A DNA stretch of 63,961 nucleotides, filler included, from Nemertoderma westbladi (GCA_032718475.1; 3 parts of 3 records of this genome joined end to end with filler, not necessarily neighbours in it); one strand, 5' to 3'; shown: positions 51,420 to 62,964, counted from the whole stretch's first letter. The notes: a model not told the origin generated them from the sequence alone. Program-made: numbers and translations.

Positions 51420-51678
51420 TAGAATAACGAACGATATCGCCAAATAAATAATTCTCCACTTCATTTCAAATCAAATTAATATTAAATTAAACAATAACAA
51501 ATACATAATAAGCCATACAGACATGAACCAACGTTTCAACTCAAAATAGAGCCATCTTCAGGGTAAGTAAAAACAACTTATATGTCTTATTATGTATTTG
51601 TTATTGTTTAATTTAATATTAATTTGATTTGAAATGAAGCGGATAATTATTTCTTTGGCGATATCGTTCATTATTCTA
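51420..51678. mobile_element. Penelope-like inverted terminal remnant (~97-bp arms)
   Basis: Long near-perfect inverted repeat with a hammerhead motif in the spacer. Confidence 0.6.
51525..51566 (-). ncRNA. minimal type I hammerhead ribozyme motif
   Basis: acc-CUGAAGA-u-GGCUC uauuuu GAGUU-GAAA-CGUU-ggu on the minus strand. Confidence 0.55.
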
Positions 51679-52210
51679 TTGAGATTTCCATCATCAAAAA
51701 CTGTTTCTTAACTTTACTTATATTATGCACTTCAGTTTCAGTGTCAGTACTTATAATTCAGTAGGATCAGTAGTTTTATGTAGGCCTACATACTGTAGCT
51801 CTTTACATTTTATTACATGATGGACCTACAGTATTTGATAATGACAACAGGGCAGAATAATGGACTTCATATTTCTTTGCGTATGGCATGGCTTCTGGGT
51901 TTTCATAGTAGGGCCTAGGCCTACTGTAGGCCTAGTATGTCTAAAAAGTTACTTGATTGGCGAAGAAGTTTTGACACTCATAAAGACAGTCCTAAATGAA
52001 AAATGTTACTATATTTCGCGAGTGAAATAAGGTTCAGTGTACAGTTTAATAAAATACAGTATACAGTAAAGCAGTGTTGCCTATCATATACACAATATAT
52101 TGTATAGGCAACATAAAAGTTTGTATAGTAAGTCTAAGTACATTGTATTTATTGAAACTGAAAGTTTATACAGCACCTACAGTGCGAGGAGATTATATAT
52201 TAATATCGGT

Positions 52211-53686
52211 TTAAGAGTAATGGATTATAGGTTTTGTTGGTAATATTGGAGGGTTACGATTTGGGTTACGAGATCTAGACAATGGGGTCACTTTCCCGCC
52301 TCCCCCGGTCTCCCTCCCACCAACTAATCGGCGACATAGACTAGTCAGTAGACCGGAAGTCGTATCCAAAGGGTTGAATCCGCTGCTACTAGGCAACGCA
52401 TCCATAGCGGAGCAAATCTTCCCGTCGCATTCGGGGTCCAAGATGCCGCTGTCTGCAGCTAGAGGCGTGTAATCCACTGGGAGCAGCACGTCCCGCGTGA
52501 CGACTCGCTTCACCAGGAGGTTTGCCCTTCCGTCAACCGGAAGTAGTAAGTAGTAACTGTTGATGGGGAACTCCCCAGCCCCGTTACCGATAGCGACCAA
52601 CATTGCGGAACCCCGGCTCTGTAGACGAGAACACAGGGAATTAAACAGGTTCGTGTTGGTCTCCATCTCTTCCCATTCAAGCTTCCAGCAGTTAGTAGGC
52701 TTGGCAACTAGTATCCCTCCATAGACTACAGACTCGCACACAGAGTCCGCCTCTATCAACCGTTGTGGTCTCATTACAGGGACCGGGACAGACATCTTAG
52801 CGGAACTGGTCGGCTTATTACTCCCTTGGAAGAATTCACCTTGAGGTGAAGGTGAATCAAAATGCGATTGGCCGCCAACTAATGTCGATTCGTTCAAACA
52901 TCTTTCCATTAAATCGCACTTAATAACAACCTCGACGCCGCCTTCATACAAAACTATTTGCGCGTGTTCTTTATTCGTGCTGTTATCCAAAATCCATTGC
53001 TTAAAAAACATTTGGATAACGTTTTCTTCGCATTCCAGCTTGGAAATTTCTAGAATACTACAGGATAGATCGCATACATCTTCTGGTTCTAATGAACCAG
53101 TATGACTGAGAGGCATAGAAGATGGAGCCTCACATTCGGTGTCTGCTGTTAGTATTTGCACAGTCTGGATTTTTCGCACCAGCGAAAGATCCATGACCTT
53201 AACTTGAGCGTCAAGATACACCTTGAGGTTGAACCCGACTGGTTGTTTTGTAAAAAGGGTCACTTCTAATTCGCAATCAGGGTAATAAGAACCAGAACGT
53301 TGGCGAAACAATTTAATCGACTCGCGGATAGCCACCACTAAAGCGTTTTGACTCGGCTCCGATAAATATTCCCTTTCGTTGCGCGAATCGTACGATTGGA
53401 GTTGATCCAATGCGCATTTTAGCTTTGGTATAATTATAGGTTTCAACGGTTGAAGGTGGAATAACGTGGCTACATTGAGTCTGTGTATTCCAGCCACCTG
53501 GAGGGCAAACAAAGGAACCCTGGGTGGACCAATCAAGGTTGAAGACAAAACTAAACATTCTAGAAGTTTAGTTGTAAATCTTTGAGTTTCCGGTTTCGTA
53601 AATGGAATGGTCACGTCCACAATTACAATATGAGCAGCTTGGCTATCGTAAGGAATTCTGGTATTCTTTTTAGCTTGAAAGGTCAT
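52211..53686 (-). CDS. M1AP: meiosis 1 arrest protein homolog, intronless, 491 aa
   Basis: Collinear motifs matching vertebrate M1AP as I recall it: LIGPPRVPLF, FFKQW, IKCDLMERCL, CESVVYG, PTNCWKLEWEEMETN, LLVKRVVTRDVLLP, FNPL. Confidence 0.85.
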   Translation of the reverse strand: MTFQAKKNTRIPYDSQAAHIVIVDVTIPFTKPETQRFTTKLLECLVLSSTLIGPPRVPLFALQVAGIHRLNVATLFHLQPLKPIIIPKLKCALDQLQSYDSRNEREYLSEPSQNALVVAIRESIKLFRQRSGSYYPDCELEVTLFTKQPVGFNLKVYLDAQVKVMDLSLVRKIQTVQILTADTECEAPSSMPLSHTGSLEPEDVCDLSCSILEISKLECEENVIQMFFKQWILDNSTNKEHAQIVLYEGGVEVVIKCDLMERCLNESTLVGGQSHFDSPSPQGEFFQGSNKPTSSAKMSVPVPVMRPQRLIEADSVCESVVYGGILVAKPTNCWKLEWEEMETNTNLFNSLCSRLQSRGSAMLVAIGNGAGEFPINSYYLLLPVDGRANLLVKRVVTRDVLLPVDYTPLAADSGILDPECDGKICSAMDALPSSSGFNPLDTTSGLLTSLCRRLVGGRETGGGGKVTPLSRSRNPNRNPPILPTKPIIHYS

Positions 53687-54259
53687 TATTTATTTACAAA
53701 ATGTTTAATAAATCCAGATTTAAGAATGGCTAAAAATCAGTAATAATTATCTGATGTATACATGCCCGTTATTGTACACACTGCACAGCAAGGCACAAGG
53801 TAAGGATATGTAATACTACTAGGCCTACAGTAATCACTCTTCACTAGATTTGTTTTGTGTACTGTACGTCAAACTCACAGTGCATGCATACCTACTGTCA
53901 GACTGTTACCATACTAAATCGAATTTTAATTTAAACGAAAAAGTTCTAGGGTCTGCCTATGACAGTAGAACTGGAAGTAGAACCGTAGGCGACAGTGGAA
54001 CTGGAAGTTAATATAGGCCTACTATATGTACCGGTATATCGAATAATCGAAACGAGATTTCCTGAAATCACGATAATGAAACTTATTTGATGTTTGTTAC
54101 GTACCGGTAACTGTACCGGTAAACTTAACAGTCCAATGGACATCACAAATAACGCTAGCAGATTATTCGTTGTTCGTATTATTTCGTCCCACATCTTTCC
54201 CTACTCTACTGGCACAAGAATTCGATGAAATCCAGCCAAGCACCTTGCTGCTGACCTTT

Positions 54260-54435
54260 GAGTACTCTCAGCTCATTAGAACGGGCTACTTCTAGTGTTG
54301 ATTTTTGTAAACTCCAGGAATACCAAAATTAACTTCGACAGTCACCAGGAAGTGTCTGGTCGTATGACCATAAGCTCTAAGGATGGTGTGCTTGTTAGCT
54401 GAGCATGTTGATGACTTCTGCTACTTTGGGATCAT
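54260..54435 (+). mobile_element. decayed RTE fragment
   Basis: Similar to 47395-47605 with deletions. Confidence 0.65.
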
Positions 54436-54454
54436 AAAGGTAAAAAAGGTAGGC

Positions 54455-54625
54455 CTACTGGTAATGTAAGGTTTTCTTATTTCTTCGGACGTTGTTACAC
54501 CATGGATAACGCACTTATTTTACAAGATTTATTTTCCAGTGCGGTCCCCTATTTAAGAACTTTAGGCCTATACTCATCAGAGGAAATGGTAAATCATTTA
54601 CCAACCTTTTAAGGATGCATTGAAT
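54455..54625 (-). mobile_element. old diverged SINE copy
   Basis: ttcttcgg...tttccagtgcggtcccc...aaggatgca shared with 56310-56440. Confidence 0.6.
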
Positions 54626-54704
54626 GGACGGACTATCCAGGATTTGGGGGTGGTAATTTTCAGTTCTAGTCATAGGGTGTATGTGGTTAGAATAAATTGG
54701 AAAA

Positions 54705-55128
54705 AACTATTTTGTTACAAGGGGGTGGGGGGGTTCGGGAATAATCGTTACGTAACGCTGAAATCTGGGTAAGAAAGTAATTTATTTCAATTTGCCAAAA
54801 GTTACAATACAAAACATTTATATTTAAATATGAAAGTCTTTAATATAATTTTCATAAAATTATTATTGATTACAATACTCCCATTGGATGCAATAAATCT
54901 ATAGGCCAGGCAACTAACTACCTGTGCTACCGGTACACTTTACTCTACATGTACATACTATACATGTACATACTATACATATTATTAATATAATATATTT
55001 ATGTTAATAAAATAAATCAATTAATAAAATTATACTATGTTACTATGTGTTACAAGGGGGGGGGGGGGGGGGGGGGGGGGGGTCTAAAAATGACAAAATT
55101 GGCGTTACGTAATATGTGAACAGCCCCT
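54705..55128. mobile_element. partial Harbinger-like poly-G MITE
   Basis: Right end gcgttacgtaatatgtgaacagcccc; G tracts at 54721 and 55056-55082. Confidence 0.5.
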
Positions 55129-55458
55129 GACTAGTGTTAGCTTTGATTTGGTAATTCCGACTATTAATAGGCCTATGGGTTTCCAAGGTCGCGCTGATCA
55201 CGATACAATTTGTATTTATGGTAGTGCAACCATCAAATTTAATATCAATTTGTGCTACTTATATTTTTCATTCAACAACTTCAAAAATTCCAGAATCAAT
55301 CACGATATTTTTTAGTGAAATATTTGTGTTTAGCATTTCAGAAGAAATCCTACAGTATACCCGAATCAGAATTCTTAGTAAAATTGTTATGAAATTGGTA
55401 TGAATTGGTCTAAACTTTCCGTTAACTTGTCAACTATTAAGATTTCTAAGCAGTTCCT

Positions 55459-56604
55459 CAACTGCGGATTGTGCACCGGTGCTCAACAACGTACTTTTTG
55501 TTAATTAAATTTTGTGTGAATGTGTCTTTGGGCACCGGCGCTCAAATTCACTATCATTGCATTTAGAAAACAATGGAGAACCACCATGGAAAAAACCGCA
55601 TCTCAATAGCTCCGTCCAGTCCAGAGATAGTGGTTTGAATTTCATCAAAATTTTATATATTTTTTATGATTTTACTCTTACAGGGTTAACAATTTTCAAA
55701 ACTGTACCAATAATTATCCCATCACATTAGTAAATGACTTTTGGCCACTTTCGAAATTTCAGGGGGTAACCCCAGTAGATAATGTCTGCAGTTTTACGAC
55801 CCCCCCCCCCCCCCTTCCCCACCATCAATTATTTGGGTTTTAAAAACATTTATAAAGTAAAACAATATAAAATAACATTGTTATTGTTACTACAGCACAT
55901 TTGCTCATGCAATATAAATGAATACATGAAAAGCATTGTTATGAAAGCATGAAATACATGTTATTGCTTAACTAACAATGAACTAAATCAAGTAGGCCTA
56001 ATAGCAGAATAGCTAATGCTACAATAGAGCATTTTAAAAATCCCGCCATATTTATATAAGTGGAAATATTGAGCACCGGCGCTCAATCCGCACTGGCGCT
56101 TGTGTATGTGTACAGTAGTGCGGATTGTGCACCGGTGCACAAACCCAAAAAATATATATATGGGTCATACAAAGGTCACAGATACCGAATATGACAACAG
56201 CTGATGTATTTGAGCACCGGTGCTCAACTTATAGCCTCCCCACTAAGGGCTGGCCAAGCCAAAATAGCTCCGCACTACAGGGTTGCACAGGACATAAAGT
56301 AAAGTAAATTTTCTTCGGCCACTAGGCCAGGGATTACATTACGCACAAAGTCTGACGACTTATTTCCAGTGCGGTCCCCCCAGAACTTTACTCCCTAGAG
56401 GAAACTCCAGTACTCATTAAGCTACCACTTAAGGATGCAAGGCAGAGATGCGCCCTGGCTGGTCCCTTTAAAGCATTCGTGCCGAAACGAAAACTGCCCT
56501 GGCCCATGTGAGGATCGAACCCACGACCTACAGGAGATGTGAATTCAAGGCAACCACTATACCAAGGTGGAACCAAATGTTCACCGGTGCTCAATCCGCA
56601 GCTA
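55459..56604. mobile_element. two tandem MITEs with palindromic TIR gcggattgtgcaccggtgctcaa
   Basis: Ends near 55459/56095 and 56116/56604; hAT-like CAG/TAG termini; no TSD seen. Confidence 0.55.
56296..56574 (-). mobile_element. full-length tRNA-derived SINE (Meta-like core)
   Basis: A box tggtatagtgg, B box ggttcgatcc; core ctctgccttgcatccttaagtggtagcttaatgagtac; (TTTAC)n tail. Confidence 0.8.
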
Positions 56605-56649
56605 ACGTGTTAATAACTTGGGAAACATTGAAAGAATGACAAATTTGTT

Positions 56650-56727
56650 AAACTTTACAAGTGCAAATTCAATAAACTTTACAAGTGCAAATTCAATAAA
56701 CTTTACAAGTGCAAATTCAATAAACTT
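56650..56727. repeat. 24-bp tandem triplication
   Basis: aaactttacaagtgcaaattcaat x3. Confidence 0.9.
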
Positions 56728-57169
56728 AAAAAGTGTGACACTTTTACATAAGCTTTATAAGAATGACAAGTAGTATCAGTATACTTATACAGAACTTGCC
56801 AAGGTTTTAAAAAATAACCTGAATTGACTGACATGCTGCCATATGCTCAGTCAAGTGTCAGTGTATCATCAGTGTGTCATTCTGGAGTTTGCAGGCAGGT
56901 ATAGCGAGCGTATACTGTATAGGTCTGTACCGCTATAATCTGCATATGGCTGGGTTTTTTTTAAAGTTTAAGTTTCGGAAACATATTTTTTTGGTGAATT
57001 ATTAGTGCTGGCAGATGTGGTGGTATGCAACAATATTTAATAAACAGGTTGAAAACTATGTTTCGGTAATTATTTTCCATTTAGGCTAGTTTCAACTTAA
57101 CTTGTTTGTTTATATAAATGCTTTAAACAAAATTTGAAAAGTACACTTGAAGAAATGCTACAGGTACAT

Positions 57170-57520
57170 GAAGAAGATTGGAAGAGCGATTACTTTACTA
57201 CTCGACTCTGCAATGCGTGATGGATCCTCGGCCAGTCTATGGTGAAAGCAATCGTAAATCGTGGCGTGTTAACAGCTACGTGCGACACTGAACCGTTATC
57301 TGTTGGAACGTCTGCGAGAGTCTAGACTGCTGTTCACGCAATAGGGAGATCTTTGAGAAACCAAATCAAGTGAATACATGTGGGGGGGTTGGTTCTACTC
57401 ATGGATACCTCGAATGCGTTTAATTCGTTAAACGGGACAGTCGCGATGTGGAACGCCAGTGCCCTCCGTTGTGGCCTGGCCAGATACTCATCGTTGTTCA
57501 GGGGGCACAATATCCCTACA
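57170..57520 (+). pseudogene. decayed CRE-like retrotransposon RT fragment
   Basis: LLMDTSNAFNSLN...AMWN resembles the CRE-clade RT motif DAxNAFNSLNR. Confidence 0.55.
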
Positions 57521-58298
57521 GTTCGCAGGACAATGAGGGGATCCTCCCTACATTACTCCCTAGATTACAGTATAACTTATTAACTTATTCTGTTCTATTG
57601 TTCACCATTTTTCTAGTGAAAGTTTGTTCTATGGGATAATTCATTCAGATTCATGTATGAGTTTCCCCTTGATTTTGAGTTTTTTTATGATGACTAATAC
57701 AGTAATAATATAATTTGCATTTCAACTTTTATTTTAATACAATAATAATTTATCACTACAGTATAAATACACGGCGTTTGTTCGTGATCGTTTTGTTGTC
57801 TTTCTTTCCCTTACTATTAAAAATGTGACGAAAATTGCAAAACTTCTCGAAAAACTTATATACCATCATCGGTGCACATTTGTAAACTCATGAAGTTTTA
57901 TTTAATTTATGATATTTTGCTGCGGCCAATGTATTATTTTATCATTAATGGAAACTTATTCTTCAACTAACATATTATCAATCAACGCCCATTTACTTTA
58001 TGTTCGTTGTAATCAATATTTATTAATAAGTAAAGAACATTACATGTACGTAATATAGCAGTAATACTGTATAAGTAATACAATATAATGTTGTAGAGCC
58101 TTATTAAGCCTATGTCTTATGTACTGTAATATGTTTTTTCACCACTAAACTAATCAATATTAATTACAATATGCTGTAAACAAATACACAAGGAGAGGAT
58201 AATAGTCTTATAAAATAATCATCATAATAATCATAAATCTAAATATATACGAGAAGTAAGTTCATTGGGGAAACGTTTAAGTCCGGGGTCGGATTGAG

Positions 58299-58427
58299 TT
58301 AGATTCCTAGAGGAATTCCGGCACCATCGTCAACCCCAATGCTGCGCCATTTGGTGCGAGACGATCTGAAGCAGGCGCACGTAGCCCTTAGGACGCCAAA
58401 TGACAGACGTGCCCTCACCCAACCCAT
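58299..58427 (-). pseudogene. C-terminus of a CRE-like retrotransposon ORF
   Basis: MGWVRARLSFGVLRATCACFRSSRTKWRSIGVDDGAGIP. Confidence 0.65.
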
Positions 58428-58971
58428 GACACAAACTTTATATTCGTTGTTGTTAATAAAACCTTCATTGTTTTGTAGATTTAACCTCGTTTATACCTCA
58501 TAACATAGCGCCAGTATAAATTTATCTATGTTCCTTCATTTGTATCGTTTATATACGCCACCAAAAAAATATAATATTTTGTGTTGGAATACCGGTACTA
58601 CAACAACATAAAGTTGTTTGCTATTATGCAATGCAACACACAACATGTATACTTATGCAATTTTTACAGAATATTGAAATGTGCTATCAAATTATAGAAC
58701 ATTTATACTTATTACAATTTTACAGAAATGTGTTAATCTAATTTTATCAATTATTGCATAAGTATGTTGTAGTCGTGTCGTGAGGGTTTGTTTGTTTTAG
58801 GAATAAAGAATAATATTATATCAATAAATTACTGAAACAATTTCATATATTGAAATTAGGAACTTATTTGAAAAACTTGCATTACGTTAGTTAGTACAAA
58901 ATGCAAGCTATGTGGTAATAGTGGCAATAGTAAATCGTTATTGTTGGTATACAGATATGGCGCAAAATTGA

Positions 58972-59071
58972 NNNNNNNNNNNNNNNNNNNNNNNNNNNNN
59001 NNNNNNNNNNNNNNNTTAATTAATTAANNNNNNNNNNNNNNNNNNNNNNNNNNNNNNNNNNNNNNNNNNNN
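58972..59071. other. scaffold gap with artificial TTAATTAATTAA spacer
   Basis: Same layout as 29482-29581. Confidence 0.95.
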
Positions 59072-59077
59072 TATTCT

Positions 59078-59650
59078 CAATATTGTATATCAGAGATTGT
59101 ATCAAAGGCTGCAGTAAGTAACGAGATCATTGGTATAGCGGAGATGGTATCAATGTCTGTGGTAAGTAACGAAATCATTGGTATATCGGAGATGGTATCG
59201 ATGTCTGTGGTAAGTAATGCAATCATTTGTATAGCGGAGATGGTATCGATGTCTGCAGTAAGAAATGTGATCTTTGGTATATCAGAGATGGTATCAAAGT
59301 CTGAGGTAAGTAACACGAATATTGTATATCAGAGATGGTATCAAAGGCTGCGGTAAGTAACGAGATCATTGGGATATTTGAGATGGTATCAAAGTTTGTG
59401 GTAAGTAATGCGAATATTGTATATCAGAGATGGTATCTAAGGCTGCCGTAAGTAACGAGATCATTGGTATATCGGTGATGGTATCGATGTCTGTGGTAAG
59501 TAACGAGGTCATTGGTATATCAGAGATGGTATCTAAGGCTGCAGTAAGTAACGAGATCATTGGTATAGCGGAGATGGTATCGATGTCTGTGGTAAGTAAC
59601 GCGATCATTGGTGTAGCGGAGATGGTATCGGATGTCTGTGGTAAGTAACG
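59078..59650. repeat. 47-48-bp minisatellite, about 12 units
   Basis: Unit gagatggtatcgatgtctgtggtaagtaacgagatcattggtatatcg. Confidence 0.92.
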
Positions 59651-59804
59651 CTATTGTAAGCAACATTATTGGTGTAATGTAAAATAAATGCATAAAAAAT
59701 TGGATTACACTAAAATGTGAATGTAAAATAATCGTTTTATATTTTTGCCAGTGTTCCCTATTAGCTTTCAACAAATAATAACAAATGGATGTAAATTACT
59801 TTAG

Positions 59805-59930
59805 ATTACGATTACTGTGCTGAGGAGCATAATTGCCACCAGAATGCCCACTGTATCAACACACCACCTCAAGGATTCTATTGTGAATGTAATGCTGGAT
59901 ATATTGGCGATGGTGTAGAATTCTGTACAT
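59805..59930 (+). CDS. internal exon encoding a calcium-binding EGF-like domain (gene unidentified)
   Basis: tttag|...|gtaagt, 126 nt, phase 1-1; DYDYCAEEHNCHQNAHCINTPPQGFYCECNAGYIGDGVEFCT with six Cys. Confidence 0.88.
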
Positions 59931-60069
59931 GTAAGTGGATGTGATATCAGTTACAGTAAACTGGTTTTATATTCCTATTTCCCTAAGTTTCTTGTTCTCG
60001 AGTAAAGTGGGCATATAAAAATTAAAGGTGGTATGGGAGAATGCAATATAAAGTACACTATGCCAGGTA

Positions 60070-62248
60070 CTACTAGGATCGGCATGCTGCATTGCAGCTG
60101 CATTTTTAAGAATGCTGTGCCGGCTTGTTGACAAAATTGCGCCGCCACAACTCCCTATCACCCATGACATTTGCTAGATCATCCGCATCTTCAAGGTCAG
60201 TGTCCTTTAAGATGCATCTCAAGAAAGTCATGGGCTGTCCACCATGCTTATTCACTCCATGAGGCTGCCAAAGTACAGGATTATGCACTGGTTGGTCCTC
60301 ACGGTGAAAGCAATGTCCTGCAAAGCGGAGGCGATTTTGTTCTAGTGTCAAGTTTGGGGGAACCAATGAGACACCTCCATTGTTATATAGTGTCTGGTTG
60401 GAGATGTGTGCATTGTACTTGACACAATGAACCCGGTGTAGCATTCTTTTGAATGTGCCATCCAGAGATTTGGTGTCCTCAGCAGTTAGAGCCCAGCATG
60501 GGCTCCCATAGAGGAGTCAGACCTTAAGTTTCCGATTAATTCTCGGTGACTTCCAAATCCTGGAAAGCCTATTCAAGACTGCCCATGCCTTTCCCTTACG
60601 TATTCGAAGGTCCTCACCTGATTTCCGGATCCATGATCCCAGGTAACAGAAGTCGTCCACATGCTCAAGCATACGACCCTTTGAGCTTATGTTCATCCAA
60701 TCAGAGACTTGCTGAGGACTTTCAACGTTAACTGTCAAAATTTTGGTCTTTCTGGAGTTAATAAAAAGACCAACACTAGAAACGGCATGTTCTAATGAGC
60801 CGAGGAGCCGTTGGGCTCCCTCTAGTGATTAGGAGTGTACTCCTAAGTCATCAACAAAGTCTAGATCAGTTAGGTACTTGGCAGGATTTCCTCGACTTCT
60901 GGAGCCAGTAGGTGGAGTTATCATCACCCCATCATCGTTATGATGATCTAAGGACATGCGTAGAACATAGTCAACCACAATTATGAACAAGAATGGTGTC
61001 TCCCTGGAGGACGCCCCATAACACTTCAAATGGTTCTGTGTCACCATCAACAGTAGACACAAATGTTGTCGAACCATCGTATACTGATCTGATTGCTGCA
61101 ATAATTTCATCAGGAATCCCATATAATGAAAGTATGCTGAACATACGTGAGCGGGAGACTGAATCAAAGGCCCTGAAGAAGTCAACAAAGATAACAGCCA
61201 GATGCCTGTCTTTCTTCTTTGAAACTCCTCAATTATCCTTCTATGTGCCAAAATGGGCTCCATGGTCCTACGACCTTTACGGAACCCATTCTGATTTCCA
61301 CGGAGCAGTCTCTCAATGGGATCCCTGATGCGATTTAACAGAATTCTATTGTATAGCTTTGCAGCAATCGAGATCAATGAGATTCCCCGAAAAGAACCAT
61401 AGAGTGTTAGGTTGCCCTTCTTGGGAACTGGCACCAACTTATTTGTTTTCATTTCTTGTGTGACTCTTGTTGTTCTGTACATGTCTACTATGATGGGATA
61501 GATGAGCTTTAAACACTCAGGTACTTTAAAGACCTCAGGGGGAATACCATCTACTCCACTGGCATGATTGGTCTTAATGCTCTTTGCAGCAGCCTTCACT
61601 TCTGCAAAGGATATATCGCTAATGGGAATATCTGGGAGTACAGACTCAGACACTTTTACTTCTATAAAGTTATCAGGCAATACCCTGTCATTATTGAGGA
61701 GCTTTTAAAAGTGGGCCTTTCAACCATTGAGGTGATCGGCTGGTGATTCAGCCTTAACCTTGGTGGTTGGTTGGCTTTTCCACCCAGTAAGCAAGTTGAT
61801 CGGCTTCCATGCCTGGGATGATTGCCTGCTGTCGTCAGCATCATTGATGGTATCAACCTGTTGGTTTATTAGCTCCTGTAGATTAACAGAGTACTGCCTG
61901 TTCAGGGACCTAGATGCAGCCTTAACTGCATTCTTGGCCGCTGTAGTCTGTTTGAGTCGGGACTCTTTCTGCGCCTTATAGAGGTCATTTCGGCACTTCT
62001 GAATTTTGTTGTCAGTCCAGGGGGCCCTTTTCCTGTTTCGAGGTTACAGGAACTGTTTCTGCAGCTGCTAACTTAAATGTTTCTGTGAAGGCAGTATAAC
62101 CCTCACAGTGATCTGCCGCCTCAGAGGCAAGTACCTCATACCTGTTGCTCAGCTGAAGTGTGAAGCTGGATCTCACACTTGGCTGTTGCAACAGAGAGGA
62201 CCAGTCATGCCGCGACAAGGCAGATTTCGTTGTTCTGCTAGGTATAAT
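60070..62248 (-). mobile_element. 5'-truncated RTE LINE, same family as 46847-48198, frameshifted
   Basis: Highly similar sequence, (TAG)n tail, candidate TSD ccaggta (60063 and 62249). Confidence 0.92.
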
Positions 62249-62379
62249 CCAGGTAAGTAGGGGCCTATCATTGTTTTATACAGTATTAGAATCTGTGGGT
62301 TGATTAAGTTTATTATTTTGTTAATTATACTGATATTCTGGATTATTTTGGTCCATATGTATTCAAGGTGGTGTTTCCA

Positions 62380-62818
62380 AGTTAGGTGTTGATCAGTAAC
62401 ACACCTAGAAATTTGATTACAGTGCGTCGTTCTATTGGTGTGTTGTTTTCACAATTGTGTCAGCGTCTAGTTTCAGTGTTCTGTTGTTCGTATGGAAGAT
62501 AATATAGTTGGTTTTCTTTATATTGGATAGTCGGTTCAGTTGGAACCATTTAGTCAGTTTAGATAAATAGTCGTTTAGATGTGAGATCAGTTCACCAACG
62601 TCTGTTTCTGATTTGAGAGAGTTCTTGTCATCGGCAAACAAAATAAATATTTGGTTGCCGAATATTTTTGTGATGTCATTAATGTAGATATTGAACAGTA
62701 GTGTACTTAGTAAGCTGCCTTGCGGTAAGCCTATGACCGTTGTGAGTTCTTTCGATTTCCTGTTTGCTACTGTAACACATTGTATTCTGTCTGTGAGGTA
62801 GTTGGTTATGGCATACAT
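62380..62818 (-). pseudogene. CR1/Crack-like RT fragment
   Basis: NYLTDRIQCV...GLPQGSLLSTLLFNIYINDI...LFADD. Confidence 0.8.
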
Positions 62819-62964
62819 TTAGTATTTTTTATTCTTGATTAATTATTTCGGTCTTGAATTTATTTATAACGTTCTTGAACTTATTTATGTCCCTCTTGAT
62901 TTATTTATATGTTGGTCGGTGATTTATTAATGTTGATTTTAAATATATTTAGGCCCCACTTGAT

